Origin: Gonapodya sp. JEL0774
Taxonomy: Eukaryota
Length of the DNA: 20,000 bases
Assembly: GCA_027604505.1 (NCBI GenBank)
Contig: JADIIX010000063.1
Location: 111,508-131,507, forward strand
Direction: 5' to 3'
Position 1 is the stretch's first letter. Each line of letters starts with the position of its first letter. Made by a program: the position numbers and the translations under genes. This document shows positions 1-12,748 of this stretch, piece after piece. The notes under the pieces were generated by a model, which worked only from the letters and a program-made list of their open reading frames with translations, was not told the origin of the DNA and searched no databases.

Positions 1-6
1 ACTGAC

Positions 7-1347
7 CTGGTTTTTGGTTCCCATGATGAATGTTCTGAAGTCTTTGTACCCTCCTGGCTCACTCCTCCCCCACATTGTGTCCATCGTAAAGTTGATCTTC
101 CTCGCAGCTTCCACAACACCTTCGAGCCCAGCATTGAAGGCGGTACGGTCAGCCCGAGCGAGACCATCCAACGCGGCTGCAGTTGCGGTGACCAAGGATC
201 CAGAGTGACGGACCATGGCAACGTGCACGAGGATGAAGCCGGATTCCTGGTCGAGGAGGAGTCATTTCGGTTGGAAGGGTGTGATAAACAGAATTGGACG
301 TGCCAGCAGCGCGCCACGCACGGACTCTGATCCCGCAAAGCTTCTGATAACACGAATGTTCCTATAATCGGGCGGCGCTTCCTTGTTGATTCTTTCGTAG
401 TTGTACAACGCGTAGGATTGGGCGTACTCCATGAAGGGCTTGGAGTAGAGACTTTTTGAATACGTAGCGCAATATAAGCAAAATGCAGAATAGTCCAGTG
501 ATAAAACGAAAGGTGTGGGACAAAAATTAATATAGAACTGATGGCGATACAAACTTACCGGTCGCTGAGCGTGGCCAGCGGCACCGCGATCTGCTTTGGC
601 AGGACAGGACGACCAAGACCATAGGAGTCACCAGTTCTGGTGAGTGGTGAGCCAATTGTCAGATACGATTCGAAGCGCCAGGGAAGTGGGGTTTCGCACG
701 CACGAACCTTCGGATTTCCAAATCGCAAGGTTCTAAAAGGTATGCGGATGCAAGAAACGTGTAGTCGCGGTACAGCTGATTGACAAAAGGAAAGAGCGAA
801 GTTGGTTCACATGACGAGTTTTCATCACACCCACAGAGTACCAACGCACAACGTACCGCCGCAAGCAACTCAGGATCTGTGACCTCGCTCACGTCCAGCG
901 TGGGAAATTTCTCCAGGACTTCCCCTCCCAACTCTCCTCTGGACAGCAAGCCCCTGCCTCCCTCTGGTAGGTAAACGGGCATCCGACGGAGGAGCGAATC
1001 GAGCGGGTCATACTTGGAAGGAAGAGTGCTGAGCGGGTCCTGTAAGATTTTGGGAGACGGATCAGTTTCATTTGGGTGTAGGATGGGGTGGTGTGTGCGG
1101 CCCGAGGAGACTCAGACGACCCCTTTACCTTTCGCGGGAGAAATCCGTTCTGTCTCCCAACAGTGAAAACCGGCAGGCTCTTTACATCTGCGTAGTCCTC
1201 GGCAAGTTTGAACGTTGGCGGCGCCGGGGTGGTGTCCATGATCGACGGGGGAAGTGCGGACGCGAAAAGGGTCGGTCGCGACCGGGAGACGAAGGACCTA
1301 CTAAAAGACAGGCCCGCCCGCGCAGCATGGGATTTGAGCCTGAGCAT
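7..1347 (-). CDS. IDO: Indoleamine 2,3-dioxygenase family protein, 3'-partial (continues past the left edge of the window)
   Basis: Manual splice model, all GT-AG: exons 1347-1129, 1039-857, 775-708, 636-559, 451-322, 246-7, followed by donor GTCAGT at 6-1. The joined peptide has IDO-family motifs: NGFLPRKDPL, LYRDYTFLASAYLLEPC, LPKQIAVPL, KPFMEYAQSYALYNY, SESESGFILVHVAM, MDTMWGRS..GYKDFRTFIMG. The family was recognised from memory of the motifs. Confidence 0.88.
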
Positions 1348-2234
1348 AGTGCGCTGGGGTGGATTTGTAGCTTCTGAGCGTGGGTTTCTGGTTTGTCTGT
1401 AAATGTGGGGAAACTTACTTTTTCGAAATTGTATCCCAAAGCCCTGAATCCCTTTTTTTGAAGGCGTGATTCAAACTGTTGTTTGCCACTCTACGGTGTC
1501 GGGCAAAAGTCTGGACACGAGAAGCAAACACACTCACCGTGCCTCTAGATGCAACTGATGCATCAAGGAACGGAACTGATGAGGGACGCCGTCTCAGGCT
1601 CCATTCTGACGTGTGTATGGGAGTGAGCAGTTGAACTATTGCCAACTGTGCGGCCGGGACCTCACGAAGAGAGTGGAAAAAGGTGCATCGAGGCTGACTT
1701 GGAGAATCTTTAATAATTATCTACAAATACGAAGAACAGAGTACAATGCCGATAATTGCTTATCAGGAAATACAGCCCCAGAGGAGATATCTACTCAACA
1801 CACTTGTACTTTATTCTCAACCAGTGCTAAGAGGAGAAATTGGAGCATTGTCAAGTTGCCGCGCACGAATACAGCGACTTTTTAGAGTGTTGTGGTGTAT
1901 CGGGATCATCCTGAGGGTCGAGGGATGGGTCGAGCGAATACGCTGCGTCACCATCACCCTCATATACTAACCAGTGCTAGTACCACTAAAAGTCCCAAAC
2001 GTGGGATCTTCCACCAAGAAGTAAATCACCCCAAGCAAATTCGGCACCATCCCCAGGGACAAGAGCGACCACGCAAAGCACAGCCCGGCAAACACATTTA
2101 ATTCTTCAAGGGACTTGCACCCGAATCAGAAATAGCGTCTCTGTGTTCTGAGAAGAATCAATGGTTGTAATACTTTGGGACTGCCTGCCGTGGCCTCTTG
2201 AATTCTCCGACCCAAACACCGCTTCCCGCTCACC

Positions 2235-4453
2235 ATGGAACCCGCCCGCGTCCATCCACCGCCGCCACCTCCACAGTCTGCGCCACCGCCCCCACCACCG
2301 TGTGTTCCAGTCATCGATATCTCAGATCCGATTCAAGTAACACAAATTCTGCCATTCGCTTTGCTCGAGTGCGGAAACTTTCTCATTGTAAATCATGGCG
2401 TGGAAACTGAAACCATTAAACGTTATGCGAATCAACTTTTTGAGCTGCCGGACGAAGTGAAGAGGGCAATGGCAGTCGACGAGAGCAGACACTTCTTCGG
2501 ATATACCGGCATAGGTCAGCTGTTGGTCCTTTGCATACCGAACTCTCCATTCATTTGTTTTTGATAAATTTATGGCTGCTGTTACGATGGCTGATGTTCA
2601 ACGTTGACGAAACACATCGTTTTCGTGCGGATCACAACGATCGAACACCTGTCTCTCACTTGAGTAGGTCACGCCACCACAGAGGGAAAACCCGATTGCA
2701 GAGAAGACTTCGGTGTGTTGTCGATTCACAGCCAGAACGGTACTCTCAGACGAACCCAGATTAAATGACATTCACGTGTCGCTTTGATCTTTCGCGGGCG
2801 TTGGTCCGCTCACAGACTTTGGCAATGACCTCCCATGTAAGTGTTTGACATCGAGTGATGCATGGAAATTGGGTTCATGTGTGCAGGACATTTCGCTTTC
2901 CCACTCTCAGAGTATGGTGCATTGTACAAAGAGGGCGAAACACGTCCTGGCGAAGCTTCACGGATAGACATCATGATGACTTTAGATACGCGCGACCTAC
3001 CTACTCATACCTGCCATTTCACCTCACCTGTCTATCCTCCACAGCCATCTGGCGCCCAAACGACCCGCCCCATCTCCGGTACAGACCAGGCCCGAACCAA
3101 TGGCCGCCCGAACATCTCTTACCAGGATTCAAGGATGCGTCTAAGGCGTACTCGGACCAGATGATGAAGTTGGGGATGAAGTTCATGCGGTGGATTGCCG
3201 ACGTGGTGCAGGGACGACAGATCCGGACGGACGACGGTGTGACTGGCGCTGGCGAGCCCGCGGCCACGACACACGGTGCGACGGAGCAGCACACCGAGCA
3301 CCACGGTCGCCACGGCGAGCTCTCGACCGACCTCGCCATCACGTTGCCTCGCAATCCTCCTCTCGACCCTCTCGACCCGTCCATCTTCGCCCGCTACTTC
3401 GACGGATCCTCCATACGCGGCGGGAGGATAAAGTTCGTGAGGTACCCTCCTGCGGGATCGAAGGACCTCGTGGGGGTTGAGAATGGACAGGGAGGTACGG
3501 TGGGACTTGTTGTGCGTGGTTGTTCTCGAACGACCCTAAACCGAAACAAATCGCACTCCCGTCCTCAGTCGGACCTCACCGAGATTTATGGCTGACCTTC
3601 CTCCTTCACGCGAATGATTTGCCCGGTCTCCAGGTCCAGGCACGGGATGGTGCGTATCGTGTGAAAACAGCATGTCGCCAGAACACAACAATCCAGTCTC
3701 ACCATCCACACACACACACATATACACTCAAAAAAAAACTGACCTACTTACCCAGGCACATGGCTTTCCGTACCTCCCATCCCAAACTCCTTTGCCGTCA
3801 CTGTAGGGCAAGCTCTGGAATCAGTTACCCACGGCATCCTCCTGGCCACCCACCACTGCGCCACCATACCTCCACCCGGTTCTCCGGCGAGGATAACAAT
3901 ACCGTATTTTATGGATATCTCAGGCGATACGACGCTGGGCATGATTAAGGAGGGACTGGAAGTTGGGGAGGGAGGCTTGGAGAAGAGGATGGTAGAGTGG
4001 GCGAGGTGGCGGAGGTGGGAGGAGGAGAGGAGGAAGAGAGCGAAATTGGCTGCAACGGCACGTATGAGAATCCAATGTGGAAATGGTGATGGGGCGTCTG
4101 CATCCTCCTGCCCAGCTGTTACGCCATTGTCAGTCGCTAACCCCACCACGGAAGCACCATCGACACCGTCAAGCACCACCGCCCCCACACAACCACCTGT
4201 TACAACACCACCTGATCTATCTTCGACCTCAGATATAACAACACGCACTATCACACCGGATTCGGCACCTCCATGGCAACCCACTGAGTCCTCCACCCTC
4301 CGTGAGCTCCACTTCCGTGGTATGCTCGCTCGAAGACCCCAAGTTGGCCGCCGCTGGTACCCGGAGATGATGGCGGAGATTGAAGCGCAGGGAAACCCGG
4401 TCAGCGGAGCTGGTACAAGGAACGAGAAAGGAGAGACAAATTCGGACATGTGA
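2235..4453 (+). CDS. 2-oxoglutarate/Fe(II)-dependent oxygenase, isopenicillin N synthase-like (DIOX_N + 2OG-FeII_Oxy), about 524 aa
   Basis: Exons 2235-2514, 2668-2712, 2816-2836, 3045-3494, 3569-3649, 3756-4453 total 1575 nt, in frame, all GT-AG. Motifs: VPVIDIS, GNFLIVNHGV, LFELPDEVK, GPNQWP, KFVRYPP, HxD (GPHRD), GLQVQ..GTWLSVPPIPNSFAVTVG, distal His (ATHH) and R-x-T at the 2OG-binding position. Confidence 0.85.
3707..3738 (+). repeat. Short (CA)n microsatellite followed by a poly-A tract in intron 5 of the 2OG oxygenase
   Basis: The sequence cacacacacacaca...aaaaaaaaa is read directly. Confidence 0.7.
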
Positions 4454-4784
4454 CCCGGTACACGTGGTGGTAAACGCATATTATTTTTGGTGTATCCCCT
4501 CGTGCGGTTACAGTGAGTCAGGGTAAATAGTGTAAGGGTATCAACAGGGCATGCAAACGGGCCGTTCTATGTAAATGTCCTCATGGAACATCGATCAACA
4601 CGACCTGGGGCCATACGCTCCAGATGGCACGGCTGCCATCTCGCGGGGCTCACAGGATCGGCCGGTCCTGGTATTATTCTAAACCCTCGAGCATCTCCAA
4701 AGCATTAGAGTCCATTTATCTCAACCAATCCACATGGGAGTCCCATGACCATTGCGATACCGATGGAGAGTGTAGAGGCTCAGC

Positions 4785-5225
4785 TTATGCCCGTCCCTTT
4801 GCAGGCGACTGTGCCGAGACGGGGGAAGAACTCTGCTGCTCTGCCAATAGAAGCTGTCGAGCTGCCATGGCCTCACGATGTTGCTGGACTGGAGTCGCCG
4901 GAAGAAGACCAGCCTGACGCGGATGCGTTAGGGACACGAACAGTCTGCAGAGCATACTTCAAACTCTCAAACACCAACACACCTTGTTCAGCAGCCATCC
5001 CACCCTGTCAGTTGGCTCAGCGCCATTAGCAATCCAATACTTTGCTCGCTCAAAGTCCAGTTCGATGTGTTTCACCCCGTTCGCGTCCGGGATGGGGTTG
5101 TAAGTCCCGATTCTTTCGATGTGCCGTCCATCCCGGGGAGCGCGAGCCTCAGCGACAACGATGCCATAGAAAGGGTTGTGGCGGACGCCCCAGCGAGCCA
5201 GACGAATGCGGACGGCGTTGCCCAT
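4785..5225 (-). CDS. MRPS16: Mitochondrial ribosomal protein S16 (bS16m), 123 aa
   Basis: Exon 1 (5225-4983) reads MGNAVRIRLARWGVRHNPFYGIVVAEARAPRDGRHIERIGTYNPIP...YWIANGAEPTDRVGWLLNK, a classic S16 signature. Intron 4982-4914 is GTGTGT..CAG. Exon 2 (4913-4785) reads AGLLP...KGRA*. Confidence 0.95.
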
Positions 5226-5360
5226 GAATGAGGATGAGAAAGTTTGTTAAGCTGGTATCCACGTTGCTGCGGTCAAAAAGCCCGCCATGATCGTCACTAT
5301 CGGTTCCGATTCGCGTTATCACTTTCTGGGGTATACATCAAAATTGAAATGGCCGAATTC

Positions 5361-8300
5361 CTAGAACCATTCGACACTCAAATCAAGCTCAAGTAGATCA
5401 TCCAAAACACGGTCAACGCTGCTGCCCACACTCTTGGACACTTCTCGTTGCCGCCGTATGCTTAAGTTATTGAACATTTCGATCACATTTCCATCTAAAA
5501 TGTTGGCCCCTCGCGTGACGGTGGATGGGGAACTTAGAAAGGACGCGGACGTGGAACGGAGACGCCTGAACAACGTGATTCAAAGCAAGGTGGAGCCGTG
5601 AACTGGTGATCCACAGAAATAAGAAACCCACCTGAAACCTCTCGGATTCAATCCAGCAATCTGCTGTGCTCCGGCAACTAGACGGTTTGCTACTGCAGTC
5701 AATCGGCGGTACATTTTTTCGGGAATGGGAACCATGGCACACAGGCCACCATCCGCAGTCGCTGAATCCAATACAGGTGTGACATAAATCATCGAATCAC
5801 GACATTTTCTTCGAATTAAACCATTCGAAGTCAAGAAATCTCACTCATTATTACCGCTTGCTGCCTGCTCGCCATTGCCGGCCCGCCCTTTCTCCTGGGT
5901 AGGGTCATTTTGCGCACTCTGACCATTTGGAGAACCTGACTGCCGACGTGAAACTCGCCCCGACGGAGAAGCTTGGTGCCACCAATGGACCGCACATCTG
6001 CGAAAAAGCCCGTCACAGAAGAGCATAAGTCACAACAGAATGCCAACAGCATAGAGGCTCAAGGACACCAGATTCCAAACGCAAAATGTTGTACTTACCC
6101 TCGGGAGAGAACGCAAACATGAGCAAATTCCCCTCCGAATCTGCGGTGAGCAAAGATAATTGGTTGTGGTCGATGAGGAAGTCGGTGGCACAAACTTCCA
6201 ATTGGCTGAAGTCGCGGCCCAAGGAGCCAAGCTTGGCTGGCTCCTCCTGAAAAAATAAAACAGGTTCCAGGAACAGTTAACTTCATGAGGGTCAAACGAC
6301 CATTGTCACACGTCCCAATTCACTAACTTGGAACCCCATGAACCACAAACTCTTCATTATGTCTCCTGCGACAATGACATTCTTTATGGCGCTTACCGAC
6401 CGCACATAAATATTCACGTCCAAGAACGCTACACCATCCAACGATTCTCCGTCTTCAAATGAATGTACGATAACCTACACAGGAACTCTGCTGATCATAT
6501 GGACTTCTCCGAATTATCACTCGCATTAATATCGACACACCTTGTTGCCAATGGCGGCGAGCAAGTATCCATTCACGCCACACAATTTGGTCACTGGTCC
6601 CGCCGTACCTTTGTCATCCGACTGGTAGAGCAGTTTGAGTTTATGGTTCGTCCGAGGATTGTCTGGTTCTGGCACCACCTCTATCACGTCGAAGATGTAA
6701 ATCTTCGAGGAAGAAGCACACAGAAATGAAAATCGCATTTCAATAAAAACCAAAAACCAAATACCAGTTTTTTTTGTGGTTTTCTATTGGCGATTCGTCA
6801 TCATTTCGTGCTCACCTTGCCTCGCGACGAGAGGTCCTCAGCTCGAACGAAGCCCGTGCCTACAACGATGAACAGTTTCCGCCCGCTCGCAGTTTGTTTA
6901 CTTTCAAGACTGATAGTCTGGGCGTCCAGTATGTGCTCGTACTCTGCAAACTGGTATCTGTGCAAGGTTTGGAGAGTCAGACGTGACACCTCAAGATATT
7001 TGAAAGGCAGGAAACAAACCGGTCTACTGTTTCCCAAGTGAGTGGCGAGATAAGCTCTAGTTGGAATTGCCTATCCTCAGGAAGAAACGCGCCAGGAGCT
7101 GACGACGGTGGAACCGTTCAATGTGGTAAAACACGTTGGCTCATCAAGATAGTAGTCGCACTCACGTCGACCTTCCATGCCAGTGTCAGGTTTGAGAGGA
7201 TCGGCCGTTGGTACTTGCCCATTCACCTGTTCGCCCTCCTCTATAACACCCGCGAGCACTGCTGCAGCATACTGTGCGCGGCTGAGAATAAACGGTACCG
7301 TAGTCGAAGTCGCGAGAACAAACGTTTGCGAGGTAGCGTGGGCCATGACATGGTGGGGTGTGCGTTTGAGTGGAATTTTTCGGATCGGCCAATCTGCGTC
7401 GAGATTGTGGGCACTCGGAAGACGGGCTATGCGGAGGTTGCCCTGCGAGCAACATTATTGCGGTCAGCTAGTCAATTTTTCAGCCGTTCACAATCAACTC
7501 ACATTGGAATTAACGTACACGAACCCGTGCTTGCAAGTCGCTGAGTCAAATTCACTAAAGCCGAGAATTTCTCCATCTACAACCATTGGGTGAACTCGAA
7601 TATTTCTCTTCCCAGAAATCGCAGATGGAATGGAGAGGGGTACAAACTGAGGATCAAGCGCTACGGAATGATCCATGCCGCTCCCAGTGTGATGCGCGAG
7701 GTCGTCTTCCAATTTGTTGCCATTTGCTTTCTTTGAAGATCGAATCTCCAATCCAGCCGCATCAATATCCAACGAGGTAATCGGAATGCTAGTGTTCACC
7801 ATTCCCAGCACAATGGAGGGTCGAGCACCTGCCACGAAAACCCCTTCATATATTGCGCTGTCGTCCCAGCCGACCAAGCTATTGAATTTTCGAAGCTTCC
7901 GTCGCCGGATATCTTTTGGGTCTTGGATGTTCAGATCATGCGGGGAGGTTTGCAGTTTGTCAAGATCTACAAAGAAGCGTAGTTCTCTGCCATTGTGATC
8001 GTGGTGATGGCGGACAAACCGAATAGCCAATCGGTTCTGAGCTTTGTCAGGTATGGTCTCATCGTAGGAAGAGGATCCCGTTGCACGTGCAGATAATATG
8101 TTAGTGCTACTTGCTCCTGGAGTCATGAGAGTACTTGGGAACGCCGAAGGTGCTGGAATATCGCCTGCCGCCTCCAGGTGGTAGAATCCTCGGTAAATTG
8201 CTATATCTCCACCCGCCGCTCGTGCCTTGAACGCATGCACTTAATTTATTAAGCAAGCGCAAACTACGAACGATCCTCACCAACAAATAGAGATCCTTCT

Positions 8301-11300
8301 CGGTGCCTTCTCGTCCAATGTGACACAATAGCACTTCGGAGATTGGTGCTCCTCCAGCTGCAGCAGTGTTTGAACCGAGTTGCGGTGCATCGGTGATCAC
8401 TGTTGGAAGCAAGTCGAAATATGGCACCAGATAGCACGATTCCATATCTGGAAGCCTGCAGATCTGAGAGTGCATCATTCCAAAGTGTCCTTGTTTCGAC
8501 AATTGTTGTCATTGTTAATATCGCAGGATGAGTACGCACCTCCAATGTTCCATTCTCATGCAAGATCGTCGCCCAGAAGTTTGCATCACCAGCAGGACTC
8601 ACACCCATACGGCTCACATTCTCCATAGTGATCTCTGCGTGTACTGAGACGGAACCCTCTGCTGCACGTCCCTTTCCCTTAAGGCTCAACGGATCATCTT
8701 GGCCGCTGTGTTCTCCTGTCATTCGTCTTACGTCATCAAGAAAATCCTCTTTTCCCATTCCATACAAGTTCGAGTCGCTGACCTCGCGGGTCGCTATGCC
8801 ATTTACACGAGCACCCGCCTCGTCACCACCATACAAAAGATCCCTGTCCAATTCATCCAAATACCCATCTGCCCCAGCGAGCTCTGATATTGGTGCCGAA
8901 GACAAAGTTCTGCCGTCGTATGGCTTTTGACGGGATCGTGGAGGCTGCTGGAGTCGCGTCATGTCATCAAACCCTCCTCCCTCGCTTAACCGTGAAATAG
9001 CTGTGAATCGTTTCTCCGCTTCACGGAGTGTTGGCAATAGCCGCCCTTTTGTGGGATCCATGTAAATAGAAAAGGCTTTGATCGAACTGAATTCTGCCTG
9101 AAAGGTTCACCAGAGAATCTCAAACAAAAGTCCATGGACGAGTCACAACAAACAATACCTTCAGCTCTTTTACAATGTTCAACTTCCCAGCATGCACTAT
9201 TTGCTCCCCAGGCTCTGCTGCATCCCCGCTGTGATCATCCTCTGCCACCATTATCAAGCTGTTGCCATCTACACTCATCACCCAAACGTAGGGATCAACA
9301 ATATCTGCAGAAACGATTATTTGATCGGCAAAAAGGTCCGAGATTTTCAGCTCCTGCACCAAACGACCAGTTATGTCCAAGGCAGTCACGCTACCCTGCG
9401 TGATCTGAACAATTAGTGATCCGTTCAAGACGGATCCCGCCGCTACTGTCCTCACAGACCGATGGAAACCCAGAGCTTTCGCTTCTAGCAGATCTCCCCC
9501 AGAAGTGTCCAAAACGGTTGTTCCGTTGTTGCGTGAAATAAAGAGGAACCCCTTTTGCGGTTGTAGTCGACTTTCATCTTGCTCATATTCATCACTGCTC
9601 ACAACCACTTTCCACACATCTTCCAGCTTTGTTTCCTCTTCATCCACAATCGCACCATCATCGGATTCATCACCAGTGACCGCAGACTCTGGTTCTTTGG
9701 ATGCCCTGAAATCCGCCGATTGGAAACTGGCAATGACGACTGGCGCTATGTTCTTCCGCAGAATCGTCAGGGTACCGGAAAGATCGCCACCAGTGCCACA
9801 CATAAGCTCAAGATCCTGTCGCGGAAAAGTGGGTTCATATATGGGGGGTGCTGGATCATCGATGGGTTCTGGAAATGACGAGGGCCACCACGTTGGAATA
9901 GAAACAACACAGTCACGAAGAGGTCCAATGGAGGAAAGCTGATCTGTCGCACAAAAGCGAAGCTTTCGACGGATGGTTTGAAGACGATTCTCCGTTTTCG
10001 CCGTCGCCATTGTGCCTCTTGTGCCATTAGTCTCGTCGGTCGAATGCCCGTAAAGATCTTGTCATTGCAATCATGATCAGATCGAGCGATCGAGCGACCG
10101 AAATGGGTCGGTACAGCTCACCGGAGTCCATGTCGTCTTCGAACTTCATCCGCTTCCCGTTCACGGATCCGTCTCCTTCTTCAAATGCGTCGTCTGCTCT
10201 TCGCTTGGTCCCGTGAAGGCTGCCGTTGACTAAATCGTTCTCGACTTCCTCTACTTCTTCTTCATTTAATTCAACCTGTGCTTCTTCAAACTTGAATACA
10301 ACGTCATCACCCAAACGGTTTGAAAGGAATACAAAGCCTTCCCGAGCACCTGGAACGACATCGCCCACCCTTGCGACACAGCCTGGAACGCCAACAAGTT
10401 TTACACCACACCTTTCAACTTCGATTCTTCGCAATCCGCCCTTTTTCCGTCCCCAGCCACGACCTGAATCTTCCCCACCGACCAAGTCGACCCGCACAAA
10501 CTCCCCCTTCTTGGTCACCAAAACAACCGTATCCGGATCCACGTCCCACACAACCGCCCCCGACAGATCTACTCCAACATCTTCTCCGCCTTTGCAACAC
10601 TGTCCATGGTAAAGAGGGTTCGGTCGGTCATCCGGAATCGATCCGGGGCCGTAGGATAAAGGCGCGGCTTTTTTGCCAGGACCACCTGCCATCGCAGCAT
10701 TAGCAAGGTTCGTTATCCGCTCCTCCGATCCCCAAAAAAAGTTGACAGGGGCCGCGATTCCTGGAACCGTTGTTTGATCGACGTAGACCACTCCGTTTGG
10801 ATGGAGAACGAGGACTCCACCGAGGGGTTGAGGAAGCGGGTGAAGGCGAAAAGAGCCCGTGGGCAAACGATCATGAGAGAAAAGAACAGGGTATGGTCGG
10901 TGATTGGGGTTGAGTGATGCATTAGGGTTTGGCGGCGTGAGTGGCAAAGTAACAGCCATCAGATGTACAGTATCGCGACGGGCAGGATACCGACTACGCA
11001 GGTTTGTTTTTCAGAGCGAAGTCAAATACATTAAATCGACACGCGTGGGGACACGGAACTGCATATAAGCTCACCCAGTCCATGTTCTGTGTGATTCGTA
11101 TAATATGACAATGGTTGGAGTGTTGTATCCGTGAAGAAAAGCCACGTCGATAATGTTAACCATAGCAGGATCGATAGAGGAGAATGGAATCACAAAAGAA
11201 GGGTGAAAAGGTGCCCTGAAGCGAATGAATGTGTGTTGCGTTCGAAGCTACTTAGTCCTCCGAATACAGTCAACGATGCAGACGAAGAGCGAGCGCAGCT

Positions 11301-12530
11301 GAGCTTACATTTCGTCGTCTTCATCCTCACCACTAGCAATCTTAGGTTTTCGGGCACTTCCACGTGCCCCGTACAGCTCGTCATCATCCACTGCCATACG
11401 GATTTCGTCCGCTTGCCTAACAGGTACGATCGCCATCCTTCCACCATACACCCTGAAAACCACACATCTATTCCGAGGGTCCACGCGTATCTCAGGGTGA
11501 AGATGGGTGGGGTTAAGGTGCTCGGAACGGTACTCCTCCCTCTCGTAAAAGTGTAAAGAGAGTGTAGAAAGGGAATGGGTCGGAGGGTGCCAAGAAACGA
11601 GGGACATCTATAACATCAGTTAAAGAGGAGGAGAATCGATCAGCCTGCGTCCAAAACTTGAGCTAAACATTGGAAGTCGAAGCTGTTCTTCACAGAGTCA
11701 AACTCTGCCGTACGTCACGAAACGGAGCCACTCCTTCAATTGCGTCGGAATTTCTCCTACTATCAACACCGAGGTTCTCCGATTGAGCAGAGATTGACGT
11801 CACTGGCTCGCACCTTTGCGTCTGCAAACCCCAGGAGCAAACTATCCATACCAGCGGCACCGACACCAACGGCAGTACGAACGACGCCCATAGATTCAAT
11901 CACACCAGCTAGCTTGCACGAGTGAATGTGATGGAGTCGAGCAACCTTTCGGCGTTGGGAGGCGAGCGCAGAGGAAACCGATGGTCGAAACTGAAAAAGG
12001 AGCGGATGTACAAGGCAAGTTGCGATAGCAACATCAGCGGTCAGAGATGGCGCGAAAACTATATCCATGGTTTGTATAAATTCATTACCGAGTACCATAG
12101 TTTCTGAGCATATGGCTCAAATCGAGTCGGCATTCTCACACTTTTTGCTGCTTGCGGCTGCCAACAATGTCTCACCAATAGGTTCCTCCAATCAGCATAT
12201 CCAGTTGTGCGCTCGACAATCCCGGTAACGAAATTTCCCGAAGACACAGTCTCTTCGTCCCTCTTCCCTTCAACTCACTTGTTGGTCCTCCAAATCCCCA
12301 AACGCCATCCCCGCCTCCATTTCAATTGCAGCTGCATCATCACTGGTACCTCCAGGACCCCCAGTAGCTCCAAAGTTCGGGATAGTCTCCTCTTCTTGAC
12401 GAACTTCGAAGATTTGGAGAGTGTTTCCTCTAGCAACTGCGAGATTCCTGGCGTCGGGGCTCACAAGAACACCAGAGACACAACATGACGCCACGGAAGG
12501 GGGCAAGAGATCGCGGTACAGGTGGAACAT
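5361..12530 (-). CDS. CFT1: Cleavage and polyadenylation specificity factor subunit 1 (CPSF160/Cft1), multi-exon
   Basis: ATG at 12530 (MFHLYRDLLPPSV..NLAVARGNTLQIFEV). Internal exons encode DSLLLGFADAK/MSLVSW..LSTLSLHFYE, IRVDP..RC, PLGGVLV..NGVVYVDQ, DQLSSIGPL, GVFVAGARPS, HGFVYVN, WPIRKIPL, FIVVGTG..EDLSSRGKIYIFDVIEVVPEP, KGTAGPVTKLCGVNGYL and RGEFHVG. The C-terminus reads GLNPRGFR...ILDG..MF..LS...EVSK.VG.....LDDL, with TAG at 5363-5361. Not all internal exon boundaries were resolved. Confidence 0.93.
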
Positions 12531-12748
12531 GCTGGGTACCAAACCCAGGTATCGGATTACCCTTCTGCTGTTGACCGCAGCATATGAGTTCTCGTCTTAT
12601 CGCAAACATTAATAACTCCTTGATAGTTTCGGGACAACCGAAGAATACTGCATTCATGCATATAGTTGTACTGTTTTTGATTGCGATTGCAGCTATCTTG
12701 GTACAACTAATGGTAGCGTTCTTGCACAACGGTGGTATGTCTCACAAC

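Noticed and set aside
1415..2101. Short ORFs in the IDO / oxygenase intergenic region
   Set aside because: No recognisable protein motifs or consistent splice model; treated as non-coding promoter region.
3748..4479. 243-aa antisense ORF overlapping the last exon of the 2OG oxygenase
   Set aside because: It is the shadow of a GC-rich, low-complexity coding strand and has no recognisable motifs.
6463..11556. Many plus-strand ORFs of 60-170 aa opposite CFT1
   Set aside because: These are antisense shadows of CFT1 exons with no domain signatures; many have non-ATG starts.
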